Of a DNA stretch of 64,000 bases, positions 9,801 to 20,600 are shown piece after piece. Position 1 is the first letter of the stretch, and every line of letters starts with the position of its first letter. A program made the translations under genes and the position numbers. Under the pieces are notes generated by a model. The model made no database searches. It was not told where the DNA came from and saw nothing but the letters and a program-made list of their open reading frames with translations. The stretch spans positions 1 through 64,000 of the IMG/VR virus record IMGVR_UViG_3300014204_000009, one strand, 5' to 3'. This DNA is from a virus (taxonomy: Duplodnaviria; Caudoviricetes).

Positions 9801-11241
9801 TATTGGACTTGGAGCTGGAGAAGATTATGATCCTGATACTGGAGTTCCTATAGTTTTAGAAGGATCAAAATCTTTATGGAGTAAGATTAGAGAATTATCA
9901 GGAGGTAGTATTATATATCCTAAAGATTTTCCTCAATGGATTGGTTATAATTATGATTATAATTCTCCTAATGATATAGAATCTATATTACCTATATTTG
10001 ATCCTTCGTTAGATGATAATTATAAGTTTCCATATCGTGTTGCAAGTAGTCTTATTCTACCTAGTGGAGGTCAATTTGTTGGATGGAGAATATTTCCTAT
10101 TTCTTCGTATATAGAGATGCCAAAAGATAAAGGAATAATATGGAATATAATTAGTGATGGAAGTGATCTTTTGGTATCTATGAAGTATGCACTTTTTAGA
10201 TTTAGAAAGAAAGATACTTTAGATATTAATGATACAGAAGTAGTTGCATTAGGTTCAGCTAATTTATTTGATTCTAAACCTGAACCTATAATGGATACTA
10301 ATGATGGATATGTTGGTAACCAATGTCAATTTGCTAGTCCATCTTCTTTACATGGTATATTATTTATAGATAGAGAAAGAGGTAAGATATTCTTATATAA
10401 TGAAGGTAGAGCAAGAGAATTAAGTGCTCTAGGAATGACTAATTGGTTTAATACTAATTTAAATTATGTTGGAACTGATGATAATCCTTTTATAGGTAAT
10501 GGTATTCAAGCTATTTGGAGTCCTACTACAGAAAGATATATTATAGTTAAGAATTCAACTACTCCTTATACAATTAGTTTTTCTCCTAATCTTAATTATA
10601 TGGAGAAGATTGGATATATTGGTGGTTGGCTTAGTTTTCATAGTTATCATCCTAAAGTATTATTTGAATTAAGTAATTATATATATACTATTATTTCAGT
10701 ATTAGAGGGTGAAGTTCAAACTACAAATGCTAAAATATATAGACATACTGGAACTAGAGGTAATTACTATGGAATTCAATATGATTCTAAGATTGATCCT
10801 ATGATTGCTACTCCAGAGAATGTAAATAAATTATTTGATTCATTTCAATGGGCTACTACAATTAAAGATAATCTAAATAATCCATTAGATGAAACATTTA
10901 ATAAGATATTAGTTTGTACTAATGATAGACATAGTGGATTAATTACTCTTGTTAAATCAGGATTTGGAACTGGTAATACTAGATTAATTAGTGGAGAATG
11001 GAGATTTAGTGAATTTAGAGATATACTTTATGATAAAGAAACTTCTATTATTAATGATTCAAATATAGATGAATTACTTTATGAAAGTGTACCTGTATTA
11101 CTTCAATATACTGATTGGAAAGATAAATCTATGTTTAAATGTCCGTATGTGTTAGTTAGATTAATATTTACTAATACATTAAATAAGTCTTTGATGTTTC
11201 ATGATTTCTCGGTAAATGCAACTCCTAGAAAAAGATTTTAA
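6817..11241 (+). CDS. tail stabilization/muzzle protein (P22 gp10-like)
   Basis: 1474 aa; KGMRRD start; GGNLLSGVYYY, HIPGR, VRHHKFP, GGDC and WLSFHSY motifs typical of crAss-like muzzle proteins. Confidence 0.7.
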   Translation: MKLNKGMRRDEALNEAIPGSWRYARDLSLSLGSQDLINDLGNTYYAQVSGRNVFSYIKANNRVILFSVESDGITENPYNEIGIFDGTTYTSLIKSLYLDFNTSNPIIGVFGYDFNNDLIIVFTDATQEVPTYTPNNIRYLNVDTLPFELDGDLELVNPSDIYLLNLCPEFKTPIFNYRQTQYIGGNLLSGVYYYFIQYEIFDGFFGEWISNSQPVIVHPSSNTELWETIEGAKAGSITSKSIEIDISNTDTRYKRYRIAFVSKIDGIISAKIIAINNTSNNVFIHTGNEVYQDVSIDEIFTRNSIYTKSKSLTILDSNLYLGGPEIDPEIRYQKYANNIKVNWIALDSIGLDAYVDSYKNPYFVFNMKTFMPGEIYALYGRFRLKNGQTSKLFHIPGRAPLLSDIADSEDSVAQSIYSTAKKFHLENTATEFSPGVKYGEMGYWENASESYPDSDEFNSSIDYDGNPLLVGGSVVGKDLRQLKVRHHKFPSLYTLKDWNIPFLHHNDKAIVGVGNVEISGANTYNQKYIGTQEKSQIGNVKVLGFTNTGTSEYTTIRHDLTYEPDYDRVSEPTDESHRWYTVIEATQKILVDYTLNIHADFHKDNNVLAYYHKIKAHLQLIKKASDDIETILEEVWDTNGSGGAGVETVHIALENELGSEISLYPGDSLIIRGSCWTETQEEYNPIPYTAGQGFTGNCKYVIKVDSTPSTELATILGLQLDPTTVYFPDYIKEVATHFEILYAKRTTGNSTVLGQAMITTVDTNDGYKYCREHSFDLISTLAGLNVTHAERMLKYDYTEAGSNTIIYNTDPTADNYVIENQYDGLSSLVKITESKYMQRDNSYIVPSNAGGEDYIYHRGIFDDNDDVPVNDATDKEFTLANFCSFKLNVYNSFFNQQVVKTTGVIDINSLNPESYNIYGGDCHVSLYGVTRYFDDTTEHYPAPNEANHKNKFWYFLYPCYSVANIGLQHRGKEIDEFAFPYFNLIDDVLGRGATHIGLGAGEDYDPDTGVPIVLEGSKSLWSKIRELSGGSIIYPKDFPQWIGYNYDYNSPNDIESILPIFDPSLDDNYKFPYRVASSLILPSGGQFVGWRIFPISSYIEMPKDKGIIWNIISDGSDLLVSMKYALFRFRKKDTLDINDTEVVALGSANLFDSKPEPIMDTNDGYVGNQCQFASPSSLHGILFIDRERGKIFLYNEGRARELSALGMTNWFNTNLNYVGTDDNPFIGNGIQAIWSPTTERYIIVKNSTTPYTISFSPNLNYMEKIGYIGGWLSFHSYHPKVLFELSNYIYTIISVLEGEVQTTNAKIYRHTGTRGNYYGIQYDSKIDPMIATPENVNKLFDSFQWATTIKDNLNNPLDETFNKILVCTNDRHSGLITLVKSGFGTGNTRLISGEWRFSEFRDILYDKETSIINDSNIDELLYESVPVLLQYTDWKDKSMFKCPYVLVRLIFTNTLNKSLMFHDFSVNATPRKRF

Positions 11242-11244
11242 CTT

Positions 11245-14200
11245 ATGAGAAAATTACAATCTAATAAGGATAAAGATCCTAAACAACTTAAAGAAGTTAC
11301 TATTTATGCAGATACTAATAATCCTAGATATAAAAGTTATAAGGATAGTTTAGATTTATATAATAAGTCAAATAATGAAATACAAAAAGTTAAAGATTAT
11401 ATTACTAATAGTGTAGAAAATCATATACCTAAAGTTAGAAATTGGAAGATTACAGATTCTGAAATGAAAGCAAATTTTCCAAATAATAAAATAAAACCAA
11501 CAGAGTTTGCATATGTTCATGCAAGTAGATGGGTAGCTAGCCCTTGGGATACTATAGTAGATGTATATCCTAAACCAACAGGACAAGGGATTCCTCCAAG
11601 AAATATAAGAATACAACCTAAATCTGTTTCTAATATATCTACTAAGCAACCTACTATAGAACAAAGACCTTATACTCCTGTTAATACTAAAAGAGGAGAT
11701 AAGATATTCTTTCAATATAGTCCTGGAGGCAAGAACAACTATATCAATTATGGAGAAGGTAAAGGTAGAGAAACTCTTACTAATCAAGAAGCAGATAAAT
11801 TGTTTAATGATTGGAATGAAGATGGTACTATGCAAATACTTGGTGAAACTGGACAATCTAATTATGGAGGAAAGAAGAAGTTTGCTGGAGGTGGTATTAC
11901 TGATTGGCCTCCTAAACCTATAGATCAAATTACTTATACTCAACCTGAACTTGCTCCAGCTACTACTAAAAATTTAGATAATTATTCTAACAGTACAATT
12001 AAACTAATTGATAACAAATATAATGTTAAAAATAATCTTAATATTAAAAGAGGAACTATTAATCAAATAAATAATTATGCTAGATTAGGTCAACTTAATG
12101 ATGAAGATAAGAAAACCTTATATGCTATTGCTTTAAATGAAAGTAATGCAGGTAATTCTATGAAGAATGGTAAACCTTATCCTTTATTTGGTGATATAGA
12201 TTTTGGTAAAGATTCATTTACTAGTGATACTGGAAATAGAGAATTAGATAGAATCAATTTTATTAAGAATAAAACTAAAAACTTTACTAATCTTAATAAA
12301 TATAATCCTCGTCATATAGATAATTTTGGTGAAGATTATACTACTCGTATTAATAGAATGAAGGAGATTATAGATAGTAATCCTATTTTATTAGATAGTA
12401 TGGGTATTAAAAAACTTGCTAAAGGTGGTAGTACTACAGATCCTCCTTATACTAAAAATCATCCTGCTGCTATAGTAGGTAGAAATTATACTAAGAGTTA
12501 TTTTCCTAATGTAAATTTAGATGAAGTTAAAGTAGGAGAAGAAACATCAGATAATAAAGATGCTAGATGGTTATATTATGGTGGGCATTACTATCCTAAA
12601 GCTGATTCTATTGCTTTATTCCCAGATGCTTTTACTAATAGTCAAATGACACATGAATATGTACATGCAGCTGATAAAAAGTTAGATTATAAACCTACTA
12701 AAAATGTTTTAAGTTTACTTGCTAGTAATTATATTCCTTATAATCAAAATAAATCATTAGAATATATTGCTAGTGTAGGTGCTTATAATGAAGAACATGG
12801 AATTAAACCTGGTTCTTCTACTCCAAAAGAAGTCTATCGTGCTGGATTTGATTATAATAGAGAGTTATTTCCTGAAACTTCTATATCTAATGAGCAATTA
12901 AGAGGACTAGTACAAAGATTTCCTTATACAAATATTACTAAAATAAAACCTATTTCAGGTAAAGTTACTATAAATAAAAATGGAGGAATAATAAATCCTA
13001 TGAAAAATACATATAGAATTGGTAAGACTTTTAATCCTCCTAAAAGAGCTATTGGAGGTGTTGTATCTAGTGCTACTGGTCTTTATAATAGCGTTAATCA
13101 ACTTGGGCAAACTATGATTGATTCTAATGTAGATCAATATGGGTTGATTGATAATAAAAAAGATAATGCTACATATAAAGGCTTACAAGGAGCACTTGAT
13201 CCTTTAACAGCTACTGTAGAGGCATTTGAAAATAAAGATTATTTAGGTGCTGCTCTTGGTATATTTGCACCAACTGTTGGAAGTTGGTATACAGGGGTAA
13301 GAAATGCTAATGTAGAGAATGATCAAGCTACTAAAGATTTAGCTAAAATTAAAGCTGAAGAAGCAAATAGTAAACGTATTGCTGGTCTTCAAATGGGTAA
13401 GTATGGAGCATCTACTTATAATCAATATGGAATGCCTGGAGTTAATCAATATACAGGAGGTGGTAGAATAGGTAAAGCTAGGGGTGGACCTATTGGTAGT
13501 AATAAACTTAGTAAATCAGATGCTTATTGGTTAGCAGTTCATGGTAGTAAAGAGAATGCAGGTAAAGATGCTAGAATGTGGAAAGATGTATATAAAGAAT
13601 TATATGTAAAACCACTTAATCCTTCTAGAATATTTATGACCGAAGCTATGCCAGGACAAACAGTTAATGGTGAGTTTACTGTTACTAACAAGTTTCCTAA
13701 AACTAAAAGACCTTTTGGATTTAGTTTAAGTAAACAAGGAATTAAATCTTTAGGTAAGTCTGCTAGCAAATTCCTTAATGTTTTAGTTCCAGGTGCAGAA
13801 GATATGCCTATTATTCCATCTATGATGCCAAATTATAATTCACTTCCTAATAAAGTAGAAATGAAAAAAGGTGGAAAAATAGGAGATCCTCCATGGTATC
13901 TTAGAAATGAGGGTATACCTTTTGATTATAATAGTAATAAATCTATAAATAATCAATTTAAAGAATATGTTAAATATCAACCTTCTTCATTTAATCCCCC
14001 TATGAAGCATGATATAAAATTAGAATCTGTAAAAGATTTTGGTAAAATATTTAGTAAGGCTGCTTCTAGTGAAAAACTTAAAATACTTGCTAAAATGGGG
14101 ATGAAAACTCTAAATGCACTAATTCCTGGAGTTGAAGATCTTCCTATTTCTCCTTTAGCAATTCCTGGATATAAAAATACATTTGGTAATACTAGTCTTA

Positions 14201-15522
14201 AATGTGGTGGTAAAGTTAAAAAACATATGATGAAACGTGCAGGTGGTGGTATGATACCAGTTAAACTTGATAATAAAGAAATAGTATATGATCAGTTTGG
14301 TAATCCTGCTCCTATTATAACTAATTCTCCTGTTGGAATTAAAGCAGGTGGTACTCTAATTAAAGGTGGTAAAGGTAGAACAGATGGAGTAAATGCAATG
14401 TTACCTCCTAATTCAGTAGTTATATCTAATGATAATGGAGAAGTTAATAAACTAACTAATGAATTTAGATATAGCCCTTCTAAACAAGTAGTTGGTAAAT
14501 ATATGAATAGAGCAGTTGCTAAACAATCTAAATTTAGTAAAGGTTTATATGGAGGTGGTAATCCTTGGGATAAATATAATGCTCCCATGTCAATGATTAA
14601 TTATTATAATAATAACCCATATGGAAGTAATCCTTGGGAACAATCTTCTCCTATAATGGCTGCTAATATAGGAAATTCTAATATACCTACTATTTCTAAT
14701 ACTTTATCTAATCCTACTAAATCAATATATCCTTATCCTCAAAATAAAAAATATACTTGGACTGAAAGTAATGATACTAAAGATATGGAGTTTGCTACTG
14801 GTTCATCTGGATTTGCTCCTGAAAGATTTGCTGATAATGGAATGTCAAGTTCAGGTAAATCTTCTAGTAATAGTGGAGGATTTGAATCTTTTATAAAAAA
14901 TCCTGATACTTGGCAAGCAGCTAGTGCTATTGGTGAACTTGGTTTAGGAGTTGCTAATACTGTTATGAATGTTAGAGCAATGAATAAACTTAAGAAACTT
15001 AAGTTTCCTGATTATACTCCTGGAAGGTTTTATGAACAAGATCCTCGATATATGAAAGGATATTTTAATACTCAAAGAGGAGAAGTTGATAAGTCTAGTT
15101 TAAATACAATGGAGTATCTTAGACGTAATACTCCTAGTAGTTCATTAATTGGTTCATATGGTAAAATTAATGCTGATGTATTAAGTAATAAGAGTAAGAT
15201 TGCTGGTCAGGAATCTGGAACTATTGGTGATATTATGAATCAGAATTCTAGAAATAAGACTATGTTTAGTATGGATGAAGCACAAAAGTATATGGGTTAT
15301 AAAGGTGCTAAACTTGCTCATAAGATTGGTCTTATTCAAACTGGAGTTAATCTTAATAATTCTACAATTAATACACTTCAAGGATTTACTAGAAATCTTG
15401 GACAGAATGCATATCAAGAAAAGCAACTTGCTGCATATGCTGATGCTAATATGTTACCTAAACCTTTACCTGGTGAAGATTGGGATACTTGGAGAAAAAG
15501 AGTATTTAAAACTATTGTCTAA
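11245..15522 (+). CDS. ejection/cargo protein 1, modular, with GG-delimited modules
   Basis: Directly after the muzzle gene; about 10 basic/aromatic-x-x-GG motifs; HEYVH zincin motif; AIALNESNAG lysozyme-like motif; hydrophobic Gly/Ala helices. Confidence 0.65.
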   Translation: MRKLQSNKDKDPKQLKEVTIYADTNNPRYKSYKDSLDLYNKSNNEIQKVKDYITNSVENHIPKVRNWKITDSEMKANFPNNKIKPTEFAYVHASRWVASPWDTIVDVYPKPTGQGIPPRNIRIQPKSVSNISTKQPTIEQRPYTPVNTKRGDKIFFQYSPGGKNNYINYGEGKGRETLTNQEADKLFNDWNEDGTMQILGETGQSNYGGKKKFAGGGITDWPPKPIDQITYTQPELAPATTKNLDNYSNSTIKLIDNKYNVKNNLNIKRGTINQINNYARLGQLNDEDKKTLYAIALNESNAGNSMKNGKPYPLFGDIDFGKDSFTSDTGNRELDRINFIKNKTKNFTNLNKYNPRHIDNFGEDYTTRINRMKEIIDSNPILLDSMGIKKLAKGGSTTDPPYTKNHPAAIVGRNYTKSYFPNVNLDEVKVGEETSDNKDARWLYYGGHYYPKADSIALFPDAFTNSQMTHEYVHAADKKLDYKPTKNVLSLLASNYIPYNQNKSLEYIASVGAYNEEHGIKPGSSTPKEVYRAGFDYNRELFPETSISNEQLRGLVQRFPYTNITKIKPISGKVTINKNGGIINPMKNTYRIGKTFNPPKRAIGGVVSSATGLYNSVNQLGQTMIDSNVDQYGLIDNKKDNATYKGLQGALDPLTATVEAFENKDYLGAALGIFAPTVGSWYTGVRNANVENDQATKDLAKIKAEEANSKRIAGLQMGKYGASTYNQYGMPGVNQYTGGGRIGKARGGPIGSNKLSKSDAYWLAVHGSKENAGKDARMWKDVYKELYVKPLNPSRIFMTEAMPGQTVNGEFTVTNKFPKTKRPFGFSLSKQGIKSLGKSASKFLNVLVPGAEDMPIIPSMMPNYNSLPNKVEMKKGGKIGDPPWYLRNEGIPFDYNSNKSINNQFKEYVKYQPSSFNPPMKHDIKLESVKDFGKIFSKAASSEKLKILAKMGMKTLNALIPGVEDLPISPLAIPGYKNTFGNTSLKCGGKVKKHMMKRAGGGMIPVKLDNKEIVYDQFGNPAPIITNSPVGIKAGGTLIKGGKGRTDGVNAMLPPNSVVISNDNGEVNKLTNEFRYSPSKQVVGKYMNRAVAKQSKFSKGLYGGGNPWDKYNAPMSMINYYNNNPYGSNPWEQSSPIMAANIGNSNIPTISNTLSNPTKSIYPYPQNKKYTWTESNDTKDMEFATGSSGFAPERFADNGMSSSGKSSSNSGGFESFIKNPDTWQAASAIGELGLGVANTVMNVRAMNKLKKLKFPDYTPGRFYEQDPRYMKGYFNTQRGEVDKSSLNTMEYLRRNTPSSSLIGSYGKINADVLSNKSKIAGQESGTIGDIMNQNSRNKTMFSMDEAQKYMGYKGAKLAHKIGLIQTGVNLNNSTINTLQGFTRNLGQNAYQEKQLAAYADANMLPKPLPGEDWDTWRKRVFKTIV

Positions 15523-15540
15523 TCTATAAATAACAATATT

Positions 15541-17604
15541 ATGCCTAGAAGAAGATATAATGATGGATATGATGATGGTTATGGATACAATAATTATTAT
15601 CAAGAACCTCCTCAAGGTGGATTATTAAACTTTAGTCCTTTTACTCCTACATTTATAGGTAAACCTGTTAATGAAATGGCTGGTGCTATGCAAGCATTCA
15701 GACAAACTGGGGATGCTATTCTAGATACTGAAGATGCTTTAGGACAAGTACTTGCTCAAAGTCAAGTTGATCCTAAAGATATAGGTATATTGGTAAATCA
15801 AAAGAATATGCTAGATCAAGGTATTAAAGATATAGCTGCAAGTGGAGATTTTGGGCCTGCTAGAATTAAAATGAGAAGTTTGCTTACTAAGTTTAATCAA
15901 GATGGAAGTAGACCTGCTGCAGAAGCTAGATATCAAACTAAACTTCAAGCTATCACTGATGCTAATAAATTAGCAAGTGAATTAAAAATATCCCCTCAAA
16001 CATTATCAGTTAAATTACAAAGAATTGAAGATACTTTTACTCCTACTACTAAAAATCCTATTACTGGTAATTATGATAGAAATTATATTCCTCCTCCATT
16101 AGAAGAGGACTTTGATTTTCATACATTTCTTAGTCAGTTTATGAGTAATAAACAAAAATCATTAGTTGAACAAGGATATACACCTTATTATGGAGATATT
16201 CCAATAGATGAAACTGATCCTAATAGTTCTACAACTAGAAGATTGATTGCATTTAGAAAAGGTGCAGAAGCATCAATTAGTGTTACAGAATTAGAAGATG
16301 AAGCTATTAGAGCACTAGAAGTTAATGGTAAAGTTAAACCTACTAGTAGAGATTTATCTCAATATTATGGGACTTCTGAACATGATGTATTAAAAAAGAT
16401 AGTTAGACCATATGCTGAATTATTTGGAGTAAGTCAGGTTACTGCTGATTATGATAAAATATTTGAATATGATAAAACTAATCCTCAACTAGATTATAAT
16501 AGAGCAATGATTAGTAGAGGTGCACAAATTAAAAATCCTTTAACTGGTGGTATAGATCAATATGCTGCTGCTTATACTACTCAAGGTGCTCCAAATATGA
16601 ATACTTATGTGGGAGGACTTTCTCCTGCTCCTCAAATTAATCAACCTAATGTTGGAGGATTTGGATATAATATACCTTCTATTATAAATGATCCTATTAG
16701 AGGAAAAATGGTAGATAGGATATTAAGAAAAGATTTTAATACATCTCTCGCAGATTTAAGTAAAAAAGATCCTACTAATGTTGCGGATAAACAATATGTA
16801 GATAATACATTAAATAAGGTTAATGATGTATTAAAATCATTTGCTAAAAATAATATAGTTAATGATCCTGTTCCTTTAACTACTCCTGCTGAATCTGCAT
16901 ATTCTAATTGGGAGATGTTCTCACAAGAAAAACCAACTCTTACTTATCATAAAGATGGAGAAGTTACAGGTTCTATAGATTTAGAAAATGCTACTATTGT
17001 AGACGATGCTACTAAGAAGAAATTAACTTGGGAAGAATTTAAAAAACAATCTAATCCTGGAGTAGATGCTACAGTAGAACTTATTCCAAGAGGACAATTT
17101 CAAGCTGATAATAGTCTAGCAGCTATAATGAATGATCAATCGTTATTAAAAGCTAGAATGTATAATATTAATGGTAAAAATTATATAATTGGTACTACTA
17201 GCATTCCTATTTATGAGAGTGATAAAATGGAAAGTGAATTAGGTAAATTACGATATACTGCTGGATATGAAGATGATTTTCCTTTTATACCTGACACAAA
17301 AGCACAAGCCAATTATACTGGCATTACTTCTGATGGTAGACCTCAATATAATTATACAATAAAAACAGGAATTACTGGATTAAATGATACAAAAGCTAAA
17401 ATATTAAATAATATTGGAAGCCCAGATAAAATACCTGATATATTAAAAACTATTAAAATAGATGGTGATAATTTACTACCATCTGATATAGCTAAAATCG
17501 AGGAATATATATATTCAGGTATTACAACTGTTGATAATCCTCAACAAAATTCTCTTATTTTTGAAGTTATTCAAGATATGATCAATAATCCTAAATACAA
17601 ATAA
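15541..17604 (+). CDS. ejection/cargo protein 2
   Basis: Lies between cargo 1 and the RNAP-associated genes; N-terminal F.P.F...P motif followed by a helical region. Confidence 0.55.
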   Translation: MPRRRYNDGYDDGYGYNNYYQEPPQGGLLNFSPFTPTFIGKPVNEMAGAMQAFRQTGDAILDTEDALGQVLAQSQVDPKDIGILVNQKNMLDQGIKDIAASGDFGPARIKMRSLLTKFNQDGSRPAAEARYQTKLQAITDANKLASELKISPQTLSVKLQRIEDTFTPTTKNPITGNYDRNYIPPPLEEDFDFHTFLSQFMSNKQKSLVEQGYTPYYGDIPIDETDPNSSTTRRLIAFRKGAEASISVTELEDEAIRALEVNGKVKPTSRDLSQYYGTSEHDVLKKIVRPYAELFGVSQVTADYDKIFEYDKTNPQLDYNRAMISRGAQIKNPLTGGIDQYAAAYTTQGAPNMNTYVGGLSPAPQINQPNVGGFGYNIPSIINDPIRGKMVDRILRKDFNTSLADLSKKDPTNVADKQYVDNTLNKVNDVLKSFAKNNIVNDPVPLTTPAESAYSNWEMFSQEKPTLTYHKDGEVTGSIDLENATIVDDATKKKLTWEEFKKQSNPGVDATVELIPRGQFQADNSLAAIMNDQSLLKARMYNINGKNYIIGTTSIPIYESDKMESELGKLRYTAGYEDDFPFIPDTKAQANYTGITSDGRPQYNYTIKTGITGLNDTKAKILNNIGSPDKIPDILKTIKIDGDNLLPSDIAKIEEYIYSGITTVDNPQQNSLIFEVIQDMINNPKYK

Positions 17605-17607
17605 TAC

Positions 17608-20600
17608 ATGAATGATATTCCTCCTATCGAGAAATTAACTTTCAATCCTAACAAGAGAAAGTATTTCGATCCTATTGTTTCTCCAATAAATAATACTGAT
17701 AAGTATGGGACTGGATATTATCCTATACTATCTGATACTTACTATGAACGAGATATTAATAGATATAAAGCTCAAAATCAATCAGGATGGGATAAATGGG
17801 GTAATGCATTAGGTAGAGGTATTATTAAAATGGGAGTTTCTATGGTTGAACCTATCCCATATTTATTAGATATATTTCAATATACTAGTGACATTAATGA
17901 AGTTGAAGAAATATATGGTAATAAAGTTAGTAAAATATTAAGAGATTTTGAAAATGCTCTTGATACAGCAATGCCTGTTTACACCGAAGAAGATCAACCT
18001 AGAATTGCTAGTGCTGATTGGTGGGTTAAAAATGCAGATCAAATGCTTAAATCTGCTGGATATTTTGTACCTGGAATGTCTATGACTAAAGGAGCATCCT
18101 TAGCATTAAAAGGAGTTAATATAGGATTAGATGCTTTAAGACTTGGAAGTAGAGGAATAAGACTTAGTGATAAAGCTATAAAATGGGGTAGTCTTATGGC
18201 AAGTGCAATTGGTCAAAATTATGCTGAACATATGTATAGTGCTGCTGTACTATTTGAACAAAATGTACCTATATATTATGAACAACTTAAAAAAGAGAAT
18301 CCTTATGCTCCTGATGAACAATTAATGGGAGAAGCTAGACAACGAGCAGCTATAGATGCAGAAGAAATAATAGTTAAAGGTAAGATTAATTTACCTTTAG
18401 ATTTACTGCAAGCTGAAATGTTATTTAAAGTTCCTGGTATATCTAGATCATTTCCTGAAATGATTGGTAAGAAACGAGGTCTTGAATACTTATGGACTGG
18501 AGCTAGTGAAGGATTACAAGAAATGAATACTGGAGCATTTGAAAGTGAGGCTCAACGTCATGCTGATCTAGCTAGTGGAAAGATTATGGATGATGGTAGT
18601 ACAGCATTTGAACGTGGACTTCAACATTATAGTAGTTATGAAGGTATTACAGAAGGCTTGCTCGGAGCCATAGGTGGAGTTGGAATGCAAGTCATGTCTA
18701 ACCTTACTTATCTAGGTGCTAATAAAAGAGCTAGAGCATTTAAATCTGCTCATGAAACTGATTTAGGTAACTTTATGACTGCTGATAAAGTAGATATGAA
18801 TAATTTTGTATCATCTTTATTTGAATCAGCTGGAAGAGGAACATATGGTACTACACTTAGTGTATTAGATGCAATTCGAAATACTCCTCAAGAGGAAGCT
18901 ACTGCAAAGAATTATAGACATGATTATAAAGAAAGAGCAAATCTATATCATGATATAGCTACTGAATTTGAATCAGAGTATAATGCTACAATGCATAAAT
19001 ACTCTGAAAAACCTGATGAAGGTATGGCATTAGTTAATAGTAGAACTAATCGAGATGTTAATCGAAAACTTGCACTTAAAGCACAACAAGATATAGTGAA
19101 TCTTAAAAGTCAATATACTACAGTAGAGGAAGAACATCCTCTTTTTCCATTAAAACAATCAATATTAGAACTAAATGCTACAAAAGCAGAATTAGATAAT
19201 ATTGATACACAAATTGAGGATTTAAGTATTGCTAATGCAATAGATAGAACATATGATACTAATGAAACTCTTGAAGATTTAGATAATCGTAAATCTTTAA
19301 CTCTACGAAAGTATGAATCTATTGAATATAAGTTATATCGTAAACAACAAGAGTATTTAAATAATAGAAAACTTGATGGAGTAGCTGAAGATAAAACTCT
19401 TGCTGAAATGGAAGAGTACTTTAAGAATGTAAATGAAGTAGATAATAAATTAAAGGTGGCATACAGAGCTTTTGGAGAAGCATCATCTGTTAGTAATATA
19501 GCATCTGCTCAGGTTAATAAGTTTGAAAGTAGTCCTAAAGAATTAAAGGATTATGTCGAAAGGAATAAACTTGCTTATAAAAAGACTATTGAAGAGTTTA
19601 CAACTAAACTTAATAATACTAAAACTAGAGAACAGTTTAATCAACTTAAATTAGAGTATACAAATGAACAGTTTATTCCATTTCTTGCACGAAAAGAAAA
19701 AGAGATTACTAAAGCTGAAGAAAAAGAAAGAATTAGAAAAGAGAAAGAAAGTAAGAAAAAGCCTGTTGTTACACCAGAAGAAGTAAGTGGAGAACCTATT
19801 GATGATATAGATGGAGCTGATCAAAGTTCCTCATCTTCATTTTCTTCTGGCACTCCTGAAGATCAAAATCAGGTTAATACTACAGTTATTAAACCTAGTG
19901 AAAAACTAGTTTCTTTTGATTCTATTCTCAATAAACCTGCAGATCAATTAACAGATAATGATTTAGGTTTTCTATTTAATGGTAAGACTGAAGATACAGA
20001 TAATCCTGGTAAAACTATAACATTACATGATTTAGCTAAAAGGCAAATTGATACTTCTACTATTGATGATATAGATGAAACAGTTAAAAGTACTAGACAA
20101 TTTCTTAATTTACCAGCTTTACAACATTCTCAAATCAAGGATTATTTTGCTGATCTTTTACCTCATGCTTTAGAATTAAGAGATAAACTTAAACTTGAAG
20201 ATAAGACTAAACAAGATATTATTGATAAAGAGGATGTAGTTACAGAACCTATTATTGAAGATGAAAATACTAATTTAGAAGATGCAGTTTTAAGAACAGT
20301 TGTTAGTGAGAAAGAAGGACCTACTGAAAATGAACCTTTTAAAAGACTTAAATTAGAAGCTGCAACTGCTTTAGCTTTTCTTGATACTGCATATTTAGAG
20401 AATGAGAAAGGTGAAAAGAAGACTGCTGCTAATGAGAAAGCTGCTACATTTAATCTTGAAATAGCTTCTCCTGTTTACTTTAAACCTAAAAGTAAAATAA
20501 GATTTATATTAGATATTAATTCAGCTTTCTATAAAGGAAGAGAAGATAATATTGAAGAAGTACCTATTGCAATTGAATATCAATCTAAAAGTGGATGGAA

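Noticed and set aside
11368-11943. 191-aa antisense ORF, and the other short ORFs opposite or nested in large genes
   Set aside because: These are shadow ORFs with I/S/F/L-biased composition, lying opposite well-supported genes.
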